Shown here: piece by piece, positions 41,980-57,039 of the stretch
Layout: every line of letters starts with the position of its first letter
Numbering within the stretch: position 1 is the stretch's first letter
Origin: Octopus vulgaris
Lineage: Eukaryota
Direction: 5' to 3'
DNA length: 64,000 bases
Assembly: GCA_951406725.2 (NCBI GenBank)
Contig: OX597825.1
Coordinates: forward strand, 39,556,001 to 39,620,000
The notes under the pieces: generated by a model
Told to the model about the DNA's origin: nothing
Database searches by the model: none
What the model saw: only the letters and a program-made list of their open reading frames with translations
Program-made: the position numbers and the translations under genes

Positions 41980-42519
41980 GATATTAATAGTTATCGCCAT
42001 ACCAATATGGCAGTCTATAAATATAAGACTAAAGCTGTCGCTGATTAGCTCCAAGAGGCCATCGCCTCCAGCTAGCTATATGACACACGAACCTGCGTCC
42101 ATTACAACCTTCGAAAAGAGGAGGTCAGCCGCTTCACCTTGCTAGTCATACATCTGCAAACATGTTTCAGGGTTGTTGCCCTTTATCAATGCAGCGTAGT
42201 CATAACCAGCAGGTGTCGCTACTGACCGTCTGTTCGAAGATTTTATTTACCTAGTTACAGTGGAATACATCCACTTGTTTTCAATAATAGAAATATTAAA
42301 ATTACTAGCAATGTGAAGCGGTGACCTCCCCTGTTCAAAGGTTTTAATGGTCGCAGGTCCGTGTGTCATATAGCTAGCTAGAGGCGATGGCCTCCTGGAG
42401 CTAATCAGTGACAGCTTTAGTCTTATATTTATAGACTGCCATATTAGTATGGCGATAACTATTAATATCCACCAACGCAGCCGTAATCTCCTTTAGAAAG
42501 ACTTAGTAATTTTAATATT
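41980..42519. repeat. Second family A locus (direct 41980-42307, inverted 42304-42519) with HHR motif at 42154-42194 (-)
   Basis: Highly similar to the 957-2337 unit; cleavage triplet mutated to GTT; flanked by (TA)n and (GATA)n. Confidence 0.9.
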
Positions 42520-42524
42520 TTTAT

Positions 42525-42572
<48 letters not shown>

Positions 42573-43014
42573 TTCCTCTTTATACGTATAGTCATAGTAG
42601 GCGATTTCAATTGTATCTGGCCTCGATTAGAGTAAACTGTATTGACAAGTAACAAAGGTGACGAAACATTAACGTCTATCGCTCTTGTAAGGAAACATGA
42701 TGCGAGTGATCTCGCTTTTTTATAACTTCCGGGGGTTGTAATACCAGGCAAATTCATGAGAAAATTTATTCTCTTACGCCTACAATCATGTCCAGCTCAC
42801 AGACTAACGAAACATTCTTTGTATATGTGTGTTCGTTATTGTTTATATCCATCAGGCTGCTTTCCATTCATACATAAATACACACACACACATACACATG
42901 CAGACACACGTTGCATATTACTTAATCATTGTTATATGTTTTATCTTATATTTAATCTTTCTATATTATGTAATTTTTCTAAATGGTATAATTAAATTAA
43001 TTTGTATGTATATG

Positions 43015-43059
<45 letters not shown>

Positions 43060-43167
43060 ATATATATATGTGTGTATATATGCATATATTCAAAATGTGA
43101 CCGCGTGTGTACCGTTGGCGATTCTTTTTCCTCTTTCTTCCCTTCTCTGGAACTTTCCTTCTTCTAT

Positions 43168-43202
43168 GTTTGCGACGAAGAGCTCCGCTCGAAACGTTAA
43201 AC
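43168..43202 (+). ncRNA. Decayed hammerhead-like motif in a pLTR-like fragment
   Basis: gttt-GCGACGA-a gagc tcc gctc-GAAAC GTTA-aac; core mutated. Confidence 0.4.
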
Positions 43203-44000
43203 ACTGCTTCTTTTAAATGAGCGTCCAATAATACTATATTTGTTCCAGGTCCTCGCGTTGTGTTTTTTTGCGCTTTCTTGTTTAGATTAACTCTATTTAT
43301 ATATATGTGTATATATGTGTATGTGTTTGTGTGTGTGTGTATAATATATATCTATATATGAATATATACATACATACACACACACATACACACATTGGTA
43401 CTTGATACACGTATAATGCTGTTGTTAGTAACATGTAAAACTGAGATTCTAAAATACTTATCCATAAAAAATCGCTAAGGTATGGCCATGAGACATGAAA
43501 CGACAATTTTTGATAGAGAAGGGTTTGTGCTTTTCTGCTCAAAAGAGTTTTGCAAACCAATTTTTATTCGCTATCATTCACAGCACCCCCCCCTCAAAAA
43601 AAATAAATAAAGTTTTCCCGTTCTCTCAGCTGTTTGTAAATATGTATGACGTCTACAATATGGGTTGTGTGTTTTCTTGCGTGCCGTTGTGTAATACGTA
43701 TGCCGTCCCAACAGTTTGACATCCGGTATTGTTTTTTTTTATACCACCATAAGATGTAGGTTTAGCAAAAGCGACCCATAAAATAGGTACCAGTCTTCAC
43801 GAAACTGTGTACTAGTGGTCGATTTCTTTGACTGAACACTTCAAAGCAGAACACGCCAACGCGTTTCCTCAGTCTAATAACTGAAATAAGTAAATGCACC
43901 TATGTATGTATATGTGTTTATATAAATATATAAACATGTATGTATGAATATAATCATATGTATAAATGTGCTGTGTATTAATATACGTACATACACGCAC

Positions 44001-44044
<44 letters not shown>

Positions 44045-45603
44045 ACAGACAGGCATACAAACACACATATACTTCATTGTTGTATAGGTACGACTAAACT
44101 GATGTCGGCACCCCAGCCCGCGCTGCAATACTCACTAACAAGCTTCCATCTGTTACGTGGTTTTCTATCAACATCTTAAGCAAAGACAACTGTTTTGTCT
44201 TACTTTTGGAATGAGTATAGATTTGGAGGTTCCGGATAGAGTTTTCCCTTCCGCCTAGCCTTTCCCCCACAATTTCCTTATTTAATAGTCGTTATTGTGT
44301 TCAAAATTCTTAGATTTACAGGAGTGCACTCATGAAATATGAAAATTTTCACGCATCGAGTAGTTGTACCATTTACGTTCAAGTGTACTTCTGGGTGTCT
44401 GAGCCACGGGATAAATAAGTACTACTCACTGACATTGATTTTTACTTGACGTGTGTAGCTTTATAGAAGCGTAATTCAGGCTCCTCCTTTCGCAGATGTC
44501 CGTTTTCTGGAGTTCTTTAGGCATCAAAATATTTTCTGGAGGTGGCATGTGATTCTGATATATTTTGCAATGTTCTTGTGATACATTACAATTTCAAGTG
44601 GGAATTCTGACAAATATTGGAGGATTTTTCGAAATATTCTAATGTAAAATTTCTGTTAATATGTCGAGAATTCCTTCGTGTAGCATTAGATCTGATATCT
44701 TGTTATATTAGCTACTAGTCATATTGTAGGATCACGAGCTAATTTGAAGATATGCATGCGATATCCTCGTAACAGAAAATTTGTTATCATTACGGTCTCT
44801 TTCATGGTACGTGAGTATTTAATAATATGCTGGGAAAGCCTTTTTAGCCTAGATTAGCGAGCTACTTAAACTATTTATCAATGGCAAACATCTCGTTACA
44901 TAGTAAAGTGAAGACAGAATCTGAGAAATAGAATAGATGCTATTAGATAAGGGAAATATATTGTAATTTGACAGAAGAGAGAATACCTGATAAACGACAG
45001 GTTAAACATTGTATGAGGCATTCTGCTCGAATAATTATTCGATTTATAGTTTGAAGTTTCAGATGTTTACACAAAAGGAAGAAAATATAGGTACTCAATG
45101 TATGATGAAAATAGGCAAAGTTGTTATATATAGTTTTGGTCTTTGACTCGCATCAGGAGTAGGAGTGTAGTCCTTCTTTCCAAGAATGACGAATAGAGTA
45201 ATATATATTTCTAAAAAACTTTTATTCATAAAACTGCTGAAAACCATGGATTGTGATTCTAACAGCACCTTCAACAACGATTGTCCCCGAGTGGCAAAAA
45301 GCTTTGAAAAGCGCTAGTTTTGCAACTAAAATATGAGATGTGTAACCAGACATAAACTTTAAACTCTGCGCTTTTCAACTCATACTTTAATATCTGCATA
45401 ACGAAAAGGTTATAAAATCTATGAGATCAAAAATACTAAAAAGACTGAGAAAACGTACGCAACATTTTAGTCATATAGAAGATACTAGAGCAAAAATAAT
45501 ATTAAGCATTTCAGTGATCGTGAGTAGCTATATAATCCTAATGAAACAAGGTCTGCACATAGGGGATTGGCCAACAATGGGTGATGCAAGTCAATGCAGA
45601 GGT

Positions 45604-45641
<38 letters not shown>

Positions 45642-45643
<2 letters not shown>

Positions 45644-45937
45644 CACCGTGATCACCGTGACCGACCAGGTTATCAGATGTTGCTACACATCGCTGGTCAC
45701 AAAGCTCTTCGCATTGTTTTAGCCTTCAAATGACGCCACCCCGCTGGCTAAGCGAGCAGGCCAACAGAAGAAAGAGTGAGAGAAAGTTGTGGCGAAAGAG
45801 TACAGCAGGGATCGCCACCACCCCCTGCCGGAGCCTCGTGGGGCTTTAGGTGTTTTCGCTCAATAAACACTCACAACACCCCGTCTGGGAATCGAAACAC
45901 CGAGTCCGCTGCCCTAACCACAGGGCCATTGCGCCTC

Positions 45938-45940
<3 letters not shown>
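45642..45940 (-). mobile_element. tRNA-derived SINE; partial copy at 52053-52215 (+)
   Basis: Minus head gtggaggcgcaatggccctgtggttagggcagcgg...ttcgattccc. Confidence 0.8.
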
Positions 45941-46004
<64 letters not shown>

Positions 46005-46006
46005 GT

Positions 46007-46062
<56 letters not shown>

Positions 46063-46079
46063 GCATGTGTTTGTAAAGT

Positions 46080-47010
46080 AGATATAATATATGAAAGATT
46101 GAAAACGGATTATTACATTGCCAAGGCAGAATGCTTGCGACTGTAGGAGATCACCTTTAATCTTGGTGCTAAAAATATTGACAACTAATACACACAGCTA
46201 TAGGACGAAATGTGCTCTCTCATATGCTATTTTGATATGGCTTTATTTTTTTAGAAGAAAAACTGTAGAGGAAGAAGAGAAAATTTTCGACCAAAATTTT
46301 AAGAAATGTGCCATCAAAAGTTAAGACGTTTCCTCAATGACTGATTTAATTAAAAAATGAACTACAAGTATTCAAGGAAATTTTAACACTTTTCGCACAT
46401 CTATCAAATTCACGACAGAAACCAGTTATAATGATATAAAATTCTTAGCTATTCACGTAAAAATATGGGACTCCTCAGTAACAGTCGATGTATTTTACAA
46501 AAAGAGACACAACAATTTTTGTAATTCTACGCTTGTCATCCTTCACACATTAAACGGAACACTCCATACAGTATGGTAATATGTATCAATAGAATCGCAA
46601 ACGATCCCAAAATACATCAAATTCGACTCAGATGCTTCCTAAATAAATAACAGCAAACGTTAAAATTAATAAGTAATAGCTTTATAAAGACTATAACTTT
46701 GAACATCATGTACCTGAAGACATCTAAGAAACATATTAGAGAAAATACTATCTCTCCTATAAATACACATATTCCAGGAATGATCTATGTATTATAAAAT
46801 TACTATAAAATTACCCTACAAAACGCTTACAATGCCCCAAAATGAAAACAAATATGGCTGATGAAAGCCTTATACGAAACAGTAAACGTAAGGCACAAAA
46901 AAAAAAAAATTGTAAACATCTCAAGAGAACAAAATTCACACCAGAGGATAATTCAATATTCTCTTTGAAGGACTGCGGAGATAAGAGATGTGGAATATGT
47001 AACAACAACA
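46080..47010 (+). mobile_element. Decayed Penelope-like (Neptune-type) RT/linker fragment
   Basis: TAIGTKCALSYA-like motif, IKFTTE...IKFLAI...DVFYK, YACHPSHIKRNTPYS, CGDKRCGIC. Confidence 0.75.
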
Positions 47011-48507
47011 AGTATGGAACACTGGTTCCCATTCCATACTTAGAAGTGGATTCTCTTTCCAAGTAAATACATATATGAATATCATACATGACATAGCCTA
47101 CCCCAATGCTACGGAAAGCAGTAGAATTGCATAATTGCATTTTATCTTCCCATTACTGGAACTAAAATAACAGGAAACATTCAACACACATTATACACAC
47201 AGTCATTCACACCTTACACATACACATAAACACATACACACAAACACACACGCGCGCGCGCGCGTATATGACAACCTTCCTTCGAAAACAATTTTCATAG
47301 AACCAATTTTTCGATAGGTAACATGACATCCGACAAAATAGTAACTAAATAAAAATTGACAAATTGAAACGGCGACCGAACGAACAACAGACCAAGCATG
47401 ACAGAAAGTGAACAAGCAAGAAATAAACAAATTTGCAATACAGAAAGTGAATGTACACAGATGAAATAAATTTGAACCAAGATGAGATCATTAGTGGATG
47501 GACAAGGGACAAAGTCGGAACGAGAGGGAACTCAAGGAAGAGAAGAGATCGTCAGTACTATACCAATACGCTGAGCGGGAACATGGGACTCACTCAAGGA
47601 CATAGAAATCAAAATCTTGTGCACACATAGAACGGACGCCAGGCTTAGACAAATTATGGCAGCTACACACATAATAGGAGATAAACATAGCCTAAATAGT
47701 AAGCTAGAAAAGAACACTAGTACACACACTCCACACAACGACCTCATGACATTATAGGATCTCCATAAACTAATAATTATATGAAACTAAGGCAATAGAT
47801 AGACATATAAATGGAATTAAGTAATTAAATACATAGACAAAATAAAATAAATTAATAAAAGAAAGAAAAAGTCAGTAAATAAAAAAATAAAAAAAATAAA
47901 ATGAGCGTGAATAAACCGGGGATACAGATAATGCAGGTACCATACACATTTCACCCCGCACACACACACCAAATATTTCAACAAACAGGTATATACGCAC
48001 GCGCAAATAAAGACACATAGACAGGGACAGAAAATGACAGATAGTAAAGAAGGAGAGGCACAAATAAGAAAGAAGAAAGCAAATGACAAGATGATAAAAG
48101 TGTGACGAAACAACTCTGGCGGAATATGATTAATATGAAATAAAGCTAAAGCAAGCGAACACCGAATAAATAGTTCATGTGTTTCCCTAGGCTAAATTGT
48201 CAACATGATCATCCTCAAATACAGCGAACACCGACCAAAAGTCATCACAGTTACTCAAGGTAAAATCTAAAATGAATTCCTCGCTCTTTCAGGAACATGA
48301 ATTTTTTATATTGACTGCATATCACCACATTGAACTATTTTTTATATTGAATGCATATCACCACTATGAACCACTGCATCATACTCTTTAAACATATAGC
48401 ATGAACGAACTCACTTCACTATATATGAACTTTTATGTCTGACTCTATTGTATATTATAAATAAATTTTTATATATGATAGCATGAACTATCTTTTTATA
48501 TATAACT

Positions 48508-48552
48508 TTTTTTGATAAGGTTCATCATTTCAAGAACCGAAACATGTTATAA
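48508..48552 (+). ncRNA. Hammerhead-like motif (U3-A8 core)
   Basis: TTGATAA-ggttc atcatttcaa gaacc-GAAAC AT GTT; weak stem I and suboptimal triplet. Confidence 0.5.
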
Positions 48553-48611
48553 TGTATATATAAAAATTAAAAATTTGTCTAATATAGCAGCATTTTCGAA
48601 CTTAATTTTTT

Positions 48612-48715
<104 letters not shown>

Positions 48716-49329
48716 TATATGCGCATAGATACATAAGTTTAAAACGCATATATATATACAATTATATACACATATATTAAAATGAATATATAGAATATAT
48801 TAAAATGAATATATATGAATTTATCAATTTTAGGCATGAAAATGCTTATTTTGCCACAGAAATAGTTAAAATCTAAAAAATATAAATACCTATCGGCCGC
48901 AGAAACCCGAGATGTAGTGTGGAGTGCGCGACATAAATATTCATATATTAGCCAGAAGACTCTGTGACGTACTGAGGGTGCGTTGGTGAACTGCGATATT
49001 GCGAGTGATGACGGTACACAGGACTACGTTAAATGAGTGTCCATAGACAGCGTTATGAAATATTTTGCTAGTTGCTTGATTGCAAAGCTCCTGAAAACAT
49101 CATATTAAGTATACATAACTAGGGAAAATAAAACGTCATATTCCATGTTAATTGATGTAGCGAGGCAGGATGATAGTTGATGTACCGTGAATGGTAAACA
49201 GTAAGAGACATAACATGTAGGTGTCCAATTTTTTACGCATCCAAGGTGATGTTAAAGCATAAAACATTCATAACAGTAAATAGTATTAAAATTGTAAGAA
49301 AATGAAACGGTGTTCTGTGGTATAGTAAA

Positions 49330-49875
49330 ACGGCAAACCCCTCCCGGTAAAGAACCTAATTGCTGTCATCAGCAGTGGCAAAAAGACATTGAAAGAACCA
49401 ACTAGAGATTCCATTACCTTTGGGCGCTCAGGACAGCAGATCCGATCCAATAAGAAACTTCCTGTGAGCGAAGAAATGTGGAAATGCTATTGAGAAGTGG
49501 CAGCAGATTTACCAGCGTGCCAAGGATTCTTTCCCATCCCAGTTACGAAGAAATTGGGTAGTATAATATGGTGTAAAAGAAAGTAGTAAATCTAGTCGAG
49601 TTAACAGTTCCTCAAGAAGATAAAATGGACGCTGCTTGGGCTTAAAAGGCTGACCATTTTATAAACCTCCTCGAGGAATGTGATGATGCAGGATTAAAAG
49701 CGGAGTACTTTCCAATCGAAGTCGGATTTAGAGGATTTGTTAGAGACAGTGTACGGTAACTGATGTTATCGATATGAACTTCTTATCGTAAAGAAAATAC
49801 CACCATAAATGATATCGAAATTACAGCGAAAAATGCTAGCCACTGGATTTGGTGAAGAGACGATGAGTGATGGCT
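49330..49875 (+). mobile_element. HERO-clade LINE 3' fragment (REL endonuclease)
   Basis: LVELTVPQEDKMDAAWA*K...EECDDAG...FPIEVGFRGFV...NASHWIW. Confidence 0.75.
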
Positions 49876-51964
49876 AGAAGACTATTGAGCTATATCGAAT
49901 AACCCGTTGATTTAGCCTCATTTCAGAGAGGAGGATCGGCGCACAAAGTTGCCGTCGAGAGGTAGGCTCCGAAACGGCGCAGTTTTCTTCTGGTGACTCC
50001 ATACGCTTGTTGGCTTTTGATATGCGGAGCTTTCGTTTGGTAGCACTTGAATGTGCAAGTCGTTTGTAAAACAACATTCAGATCACTTTTACTAAAGAAT
50101 AACACTTATGTTCTTTTAACAATTCATATCACACTAGAATTGTTATCCATAAATGTCCCAAATAATCTAACTATATATACCTATATTGGTAAACTAGAAG
50201 TTCTCTTAAGAGAAGATTACATACCAATACTCACATTTCAAGTGAGGTGATATAGCTAAGATTACGTACCCGGAAAAAGAAATTGTGTGGCATGAATCAT
50301 TAAGAAGGTTATTTCTACAAATTACACAAGTGATGAGGTCGATGAACATTATTATTAACTATGTTATCAGCACGAATATTAATCTGCTGTTCATATGCAT
50401 TTGTATGAGACCAGTATTTATCATTAAATCTATAGGATCCATTCCCATTATGCAGGATTAAACAAGGGTTGGCACAATCTTTATTATTCCGGATAATAAT
50501 CTTATTGCCGGGGTGATTATTAATACAGTTACATGTATTGTTAATACTGTTGCCCAATCAATTTGTATTTTCACATTATTCAAGTCCTACATCATCGTAA
50601 TTTATATTTAAAACGCTATAGGCATTTTGGGAGTAGGATCTACTATTATCCGACGTAATGATTACGCCAGTATGGATACTGTAAGCACAACTGCTGTCGT
50701 AATGACTGCTGATACTTACTTAAACAGCAGTTATACGTTGTAGCAGCAAGCCGTTGAGCAATCTCATGATGGCTGTTGCATGTGACCTGATTACCCTTAA
50801 CACTGCTAGAGGTAGTAGCAGTCATAATCATATAGGTAATCACGCTGACAGTACACTTACATTGATATCTTGTATATTATGATGTACTTATATTTGAGAA
50901 CATGAATTAAAATGCTACTGAAACGGCTGCCGTAAATTTTCAGTGTCATTTTTGAATACATCCGTTATAGCTACGCAACATTAACGACTCACTAGTGAGT
51001 CGAATATATGCTTTAAAATAGGATATGTGCCTACCTTACCATCTCTTCAACCTTCAAAGCTGTATTATTTCAATGTGATATCTACATGAACATCCATCGG
51101 CGTTAGCGGTGTGGTACAGATTTGTGGATCTTGTTTCTTGATAGTAATATACATACACAGACACTCACACAAACGCATGTATATATATATATATATATAT
51201 ATTTATATACACGACGGTTTTCCTTCAGTTTCCGGCTACCAAATCCATTCTCAGCTTTGGTCGGCCCGTATGTATATATATATATATATAAAATAAAGAA
51301 TTAATAAATAAAACATATACATACATGCATACATATATGTACATACCTACATCTATATGTAAATATATACATGAATATATGGGTACAGGATACCAAAAAA
51401 GAAAAAAAACCTTGAACACAAAGAGAAACGAAAACAAAAATAAAAACATGGAAACAGACTGTTTCAAGTAACGAAAAAACAGAGTACAAGACATACAACA
51501 CAAGGAACATTCCCCTTCTTCAGCCGCCCCTGCTTCGACTACTCCGTATTTCGAAGGTAAGGGCAAGACATGATTCGTTGAAACAATCCTTCGTTGAACA
51601 ACTTAAATAAAATTTGGGATATTTTGCGGAGGGGTAAAAGTGGGGACAGTAAAAGCAGTACAAATAAAAACAGTAAAAGACAGGACAAGGACAATAACAC
51701 AGTAAAAACAAACGATAAGTGCTTTTAAGCCCAGACGATGGAAAAAATAATTTGAAGGCATTGAGAAAACGGCTTACGAGGACAGGATAAGCCGTTGTAA
51801 ACTTGTTGAAGGCAGTAGTCAGAAAGAAAGTTAGTTACTCTCTGGTCAATGACGAGAGGGATGAGGAGGAGTAAGAGAGAGGGAGCAGTGAAAGGGGGAG
51901 AAGAATAGGGAAGGGTGGGAGAGAAAACCCAGAAAGGATGAAAAATAAGAGAGGGAGAGAGACA

Positions 51965-52052
<88 letters not shown>

Positions 52053-52215
52053 GTGGAGGTGCAGTAGCCCAGTGGTTAGGGCAGCGGATCGTGGTCGTAG
52101 GATCGCGGCTTAGATTCCCAGACCGGGCGTTGTGAGTGTTTATTGAACGAAAATTCCGAAAAGCTCCTCGAGGTTCCGGCAGTGGAGGTGGTGATCTCTG
52201 GTGTACTCTTTCATG
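52053..52215 (+). mobile_element. SINE 5' part
   Basis: Same family as 45642-45940. Confidence 0.75.
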
Positions 52216-53180
52216 TATATATATATATATATATATTATTGGATTTAATAACATATCCATCTCATATGTGTGGGTAATTATAAATAATATGTTAATTTAT
52301 AATGACACCTATATATTATTTCTGTCGATATCTTCACATCGGCAAAGTATGCTCACTATCGCCGTACAGGGTCCTATCTGCCACATCCAACGTCAATTCA
52401 AAATAAATTGAATATTGCTAGAATATGTAGTCCCACGTACACTTCTTTGCGTAGATTTGTCCCTTGTATCAGTATATAATATATATATATATAATATTCT
52501 TTTCTTTTATATATGAATTATTTCTGTATTTTTAATAAACTCATTTTTGCATCTATTACTCCATAAAAATATTTCTTATATCCGCATTCACCATTACCTT
52601 TAATAATTTAGAAAATTGCTTATAAAATATTATAATAAATTTTTCACCTCTATGCCTAGCTAGATTCTTATCGCATATTGTAATTTAATATGCAACATAG
52701 TCAACCTACAAAATATTGAAAACTGCAATTTAAAAAAAAAAGAACTTTTTACGACCTATCTCTCCTACGTTGTTACTTTTTTTTCCTCAACCACTGAAAA
52801 ACACTTCTGCATCATCGAACGGTTTTTTTCATTAGTCTTAGCCATAGCAAATATTTTCTATCTTAATTCTCTAATATTAACAATTATTCTTAGATCTTTA
52901 TCTTATATTTCTTTCACACAAACGAATATCGTTTTTAACTAAAAAATATTGTTTTCTCATTATATTAAGCTATTATATACTCACTCGTTACCCGTAACTA
53001 TGTTTTTTTTCCTTTTAAATCCAACTAACTTAAATAAAACTATATTAACTATATTAATTATTTTCTATTTCTTCTTCTCGGACAGGAAATTTCTTAAAAT
53101 AAATTATTTAACTATACACCATACATAATAATTCTTATAAATAAGTCATAAATATAAATATAAATATTAACTTAAATATA

Positions 53181-53602
53181 GGCGCAGGAGTGGCTGTTTG
53201 GTAAGTAGCTTGCTAACCAACCACATGGTTCCGGGTTCAGTCCCACTGCGTGGCATCTTGGGCATGTGTCTTCTGCTATAGCCCCGGGCCGACCAATGCC
53301 TTGTGAATGGATTTGGTAGACGGAAACTGAAAGAAGCCTGTCGTATATATGTATATATATATAAGTGTGTGTGAATATGTTTGTGTGTCTGTGTTTGTTC
53401 CCCTAGCATTGCTTGACAACCGATGCTGGTGTGTTTACGTCCCCGTCACTTAGCGGTTCGGCAAAAGAGACCGATAGAATAAGTACTGGGCTTACAAAGA
53501 ATAAGTCCCGGGGTCGAGTTGCTCGACTAAAGGCGGTGCTCCAGCATGGCCGCAGTCAAATGACTGAAACAAGTAAAAAGAGTAAAAAGAGTAAAAAAGA
53601 GT
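53181..53602 (+). mobile_element. Full-length tRNA-derived SINE with CORE-like segment (octopus OR/OK-type by recollection)
   Basis: Head ggcgcaggagtggctg...gggttcagtccc, internal microsatellite, tail aaacaagtaaaaagag repeats; further copies elsewhere in the window. Confidence 0.85.
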
Positions 53603-54248
53603 ATAGCTATGCTGTCCCATAATAAATTTATTATAGTTTACTTCTTATGATAAATGCTTTATACGGAAAGTATATCACATAATTACTTGTTTTATGTAGA
53701 GGGAATGTTTCTTAAACATATTTCACTTATATTTTCAAATAACCATTAGCCGCATCAGGTTTAGATATTACACAACTAGACTCAACAACTCTATTTTAGC
53801 ATATTCTAATCTTGCATAAGGATATTATGTATATCCGATAATGTTATGTGACACTCACTTCATCAAGTATTCTGTAATAATAATAATATAAATTTTTCGA
53901 TGTATTCTTTTTTCGAACTGAGAAGAACAGTAATTAATTTAATTATAACCAAATTAATTCCTTTTTTTTTTTTTCATTATATTTACATTTCAAACATTTA
54001 ACATCATCTTTTCTACATATTTGACAGTCTGTTGAGCTTCTACAGGATGTTCTATAAGTTCTCATAAGGCATCTTAAACTTGTAGCATTTTCATTTTCGA
54101 AAAAATCGTACAAGAGTAAGCTACCAATGAAATATGAGGAATATTTATTAGAAATCGACTTTTGGAACCTCCCAAAGTAAAGGGTAAAGGATGAAACAGA
54201 ACTCAAGCTTTTCTCACATATATATTCATATATACACACATACATATA

Positions 54249-54303
<55 letters not shown>

Positions 54304-54305
54304 TA

Positions 54306-54526
54306 TATTATATGTAGAAAAATACAAACTGAGACAAGAAAGTAAAACATTTAGAAGACGATACAAAAAACACGGCCTAGCAATTTCGGCTGAATCAGCC
54401 GAAATTGATAGGATGATCCGGTTCTTGACTGAAGATTGAAGGCTTCGAATGTCCTGTCCGTGTTTTTGTATCGTATTCTAAATGTTTTACGTTCTTGTCC
54501 CAGTTTGTATTTTTCTACATATAATA
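54306..54526. repeat. Fold-back with about 70-bp arms between (TA)n runs
   Basis: tattatatgtagaaaaatacaaactg...cacgg versus ccgtg...cagtttgtatttttctacatataata. Confidence 0.85.
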
Positions 54527-55309
54527 TATATAGCGACGTTCGTACCCTCGTTGGCCTTATGTAAGTATATATATATATATATATATATACTTTGATACTT
54601 TGATAGGTTTCGGCCATTATTGGCCCAGGCCATGTCTAACTTAATAGCACCACCTGTATATATATATACATATGAAATTAATAATGCAATACGAGTGTAT
54701 TACTTTCCAGTAAAAGATAGCCCATAAGGGTAAAATTATACATATAAAGGTAGATAAATGGTACAACAAGGCGCCAATATTTACTGTAAAATAACAATCG
54801 AAATAAATACGACGCTATTGTATAGCTTCACAGGAAAAATGCAAAAACGCAAAAACGTTTTGAGCCAGTGCACTTCGGCAGAAAGGAAGTAGATGAAACA
54901 ATTACCGGGAGAATGAAAAAGATGTTGAGTTCAGTGGTCCAACATGGTCAATGGTTGGAAATAAAGCGTGCGAATGCAACGGATATAATAATAAAGAGAG
55001 GGTTAATGAAGGGGAGATAATTCCTTGTTATCTCTAGAAGAGAAGGTGATGAAAATCTTACAGATTATATGTGGTTAGACATATAATAATAGTTGCTGCA
55101 CAAAGATCACTTCTACAAATTGTACACTCTCATAGATATAGTCTCTTTAACATTTTGGGTTATACATAAGGGTAGATTTATAGTATTTCCTGTTTTTTCT
55201 TATTATTATTAATATTATTTTTATTTATTTATCCATCTTATTATTACTGCTTCTAACGTTTTTTCAACTTTATATTAACACCGATTAATATAATTCATAT
55301 ATACGCTTT

Positions 55310-55696
55310 ACTTAGTTGATTCAATCACTTGATTGGGGCCATGCTGCAGCACCGGCTTTAGTCAAACAGATCAACTCCAGGACTTATTCTTTGTAAGGTT
55401 AGTACTTATTATATCGGTATCTTTTGCCGAACCGCTAGATTACTGGGACACAAACACATCAACATCGGTTCTCAAGCGATGTTGAGTGGACAAACACAGA
55501 CACACAAACATGCACTGACATATATATATATATATATATACACACGTATATACGCATATACGACGGGCTTCTTTCAGTTTCTGTCTACCAAATCCACTCA
55601 CAAGGCTTTGGTAGGCCCGAGTGCTACGCAGTGGGACTGATCCCGGAACCATGTGGTTGGTAAGCAAGCTACTTACCACACAACCACTTCTGCGCC
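55310..55696 (-). mobile_element. SINE, same family as 53181-53602
   Basis: Reverse-complement similarity throughout. Confidence 0.85.
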
Positions 55697-55904
55697 TATG
55701 TTCTTGATTTTTAATTATAAAACGTATAAATTTTAAACACATACATATGTCGTATAATATACATATTATTATACACAGGTATATGCATATATATATGTGT
55801 GTATATATATATCTGCATATGTACACATGTGTTTATATACATATATACTCAGATCTTTTTATCTATATTCGTAGATTTTTTTCTGTTAAATACATCAGTA
55901 TACT

Positions 55905-56306
55905 TATTCGTTGATTTGTATCAGCCATTTTAACTGCTAGCATGCTGGAGCAACACCTGTAGTGGAACAATGCCCTCAGGACTTACACTTTGTAAGCCTA
56001 ATACTTATTCTATCGGTCACTTTTACCGAACCGCTAAGTTACGTGGACGTAGCACACCAGCATCGGTTGTCAAGCAATGTTGGGGGAGGGGACACAGACA
56101 CACAACCACACACATATACATAAACACACATAAATACATATATAGGACGGCCACTTTTAGTTTCCGTCTACCAAATCCACTCATAAGTCTTTGGTCGGCC
56201 CGAAGCTATAGTAGAAGACACTTCCCCAAGGTGCCACGCAGTGGGACTGAACCCAGAACCATGCGGTTGGTAAGCAAGCTACTTAACACACAGCTACACC
56301 TGCGTC
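55905..56306 (-). mobile_element. SINE, same family as 53181-53602
   Basis: Reverse-complement similarity throughout. Confidence 0.85.
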
Positions 56307-56626
56307 TATATGATTATAATTAAATTAATTTCTAATTTTTTACCATGTTATTTACATGTTAATATTACCATTCAAAACGATTGTATGCATGGAGTAACAT
56401 TTGAAAAAAAATTAAACAATTTGTCTTCTCCATCTTTAATTGATTGTTGAGTTTCTATAGGGTACGTTTTCTATAAATGATTATAACACACTTAATATTT
56501 GTAAGATTTTCATAATCGCGAAGTACTTATAACACTAAGCGACCAATGTAATATAAAGAATCCTTATGAGAAATCGACATTTGGATTCCCCCAATGTAAA
56601 GGATGAATTAAAACTGAACCATTTCT

Positions 56627-56959
56627 ACCCGCTTCAGTCACGAGACTGACCATGGGATTGCACCTTGAAAGTTACCCTCAAAGGCATAAGTCCGGGCAAG
56701 GGTGTTTATGGAAGATCAGCAGTCGCCCATGCATACCGGCCTCCGCTCTCCACGCCATCAGTGTTATCCAAGGGGAAAGGCAAGGACTGATACAACTTGG
56801 CCCCTGTGACCTCGCAGCTAATTTCTACCGCTGAAGGAAATGTAGTAACGTGGAATAAAGTATCTTGCTCAAGAAAACAATACGCAGGCCAGTCCGGGAT
56901 TTCGAACTCACCACCTCAGGATCGTAAGCTCTACATTCTAACCACTGAGCCATGCGCTT

Positions 56960-56963
<4 letters not shown>
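56627..56963 (-). mobile_element. tRNA-derived SINE, different family
   Basis: Minus head gcgcatggctcagtggttaga...gagttcgaaatccc. Confidence 0.7.

Positions 56964-57039
<76 letters not shown>

Noticed and set aside
50315-50557. Asn/Cys-rich ORF
   Set aside because: No recognisable family or clear exon boundaries
51505-51570. Permuted (type II) hammerhead on minus
   Set aside because: CTGAAGA and GAAA are present but the stems cannot be paired convincingly
54377-54457. Hammerhead in the fold-back spacer
   Set aside because: CTGAAGA is present but lacks a properly placed GAAA and stems
54850-54885. Hammerhead remnant on minus (CTGCCGA...AAAACGT)
   Set aside because: Both core segments are mutated
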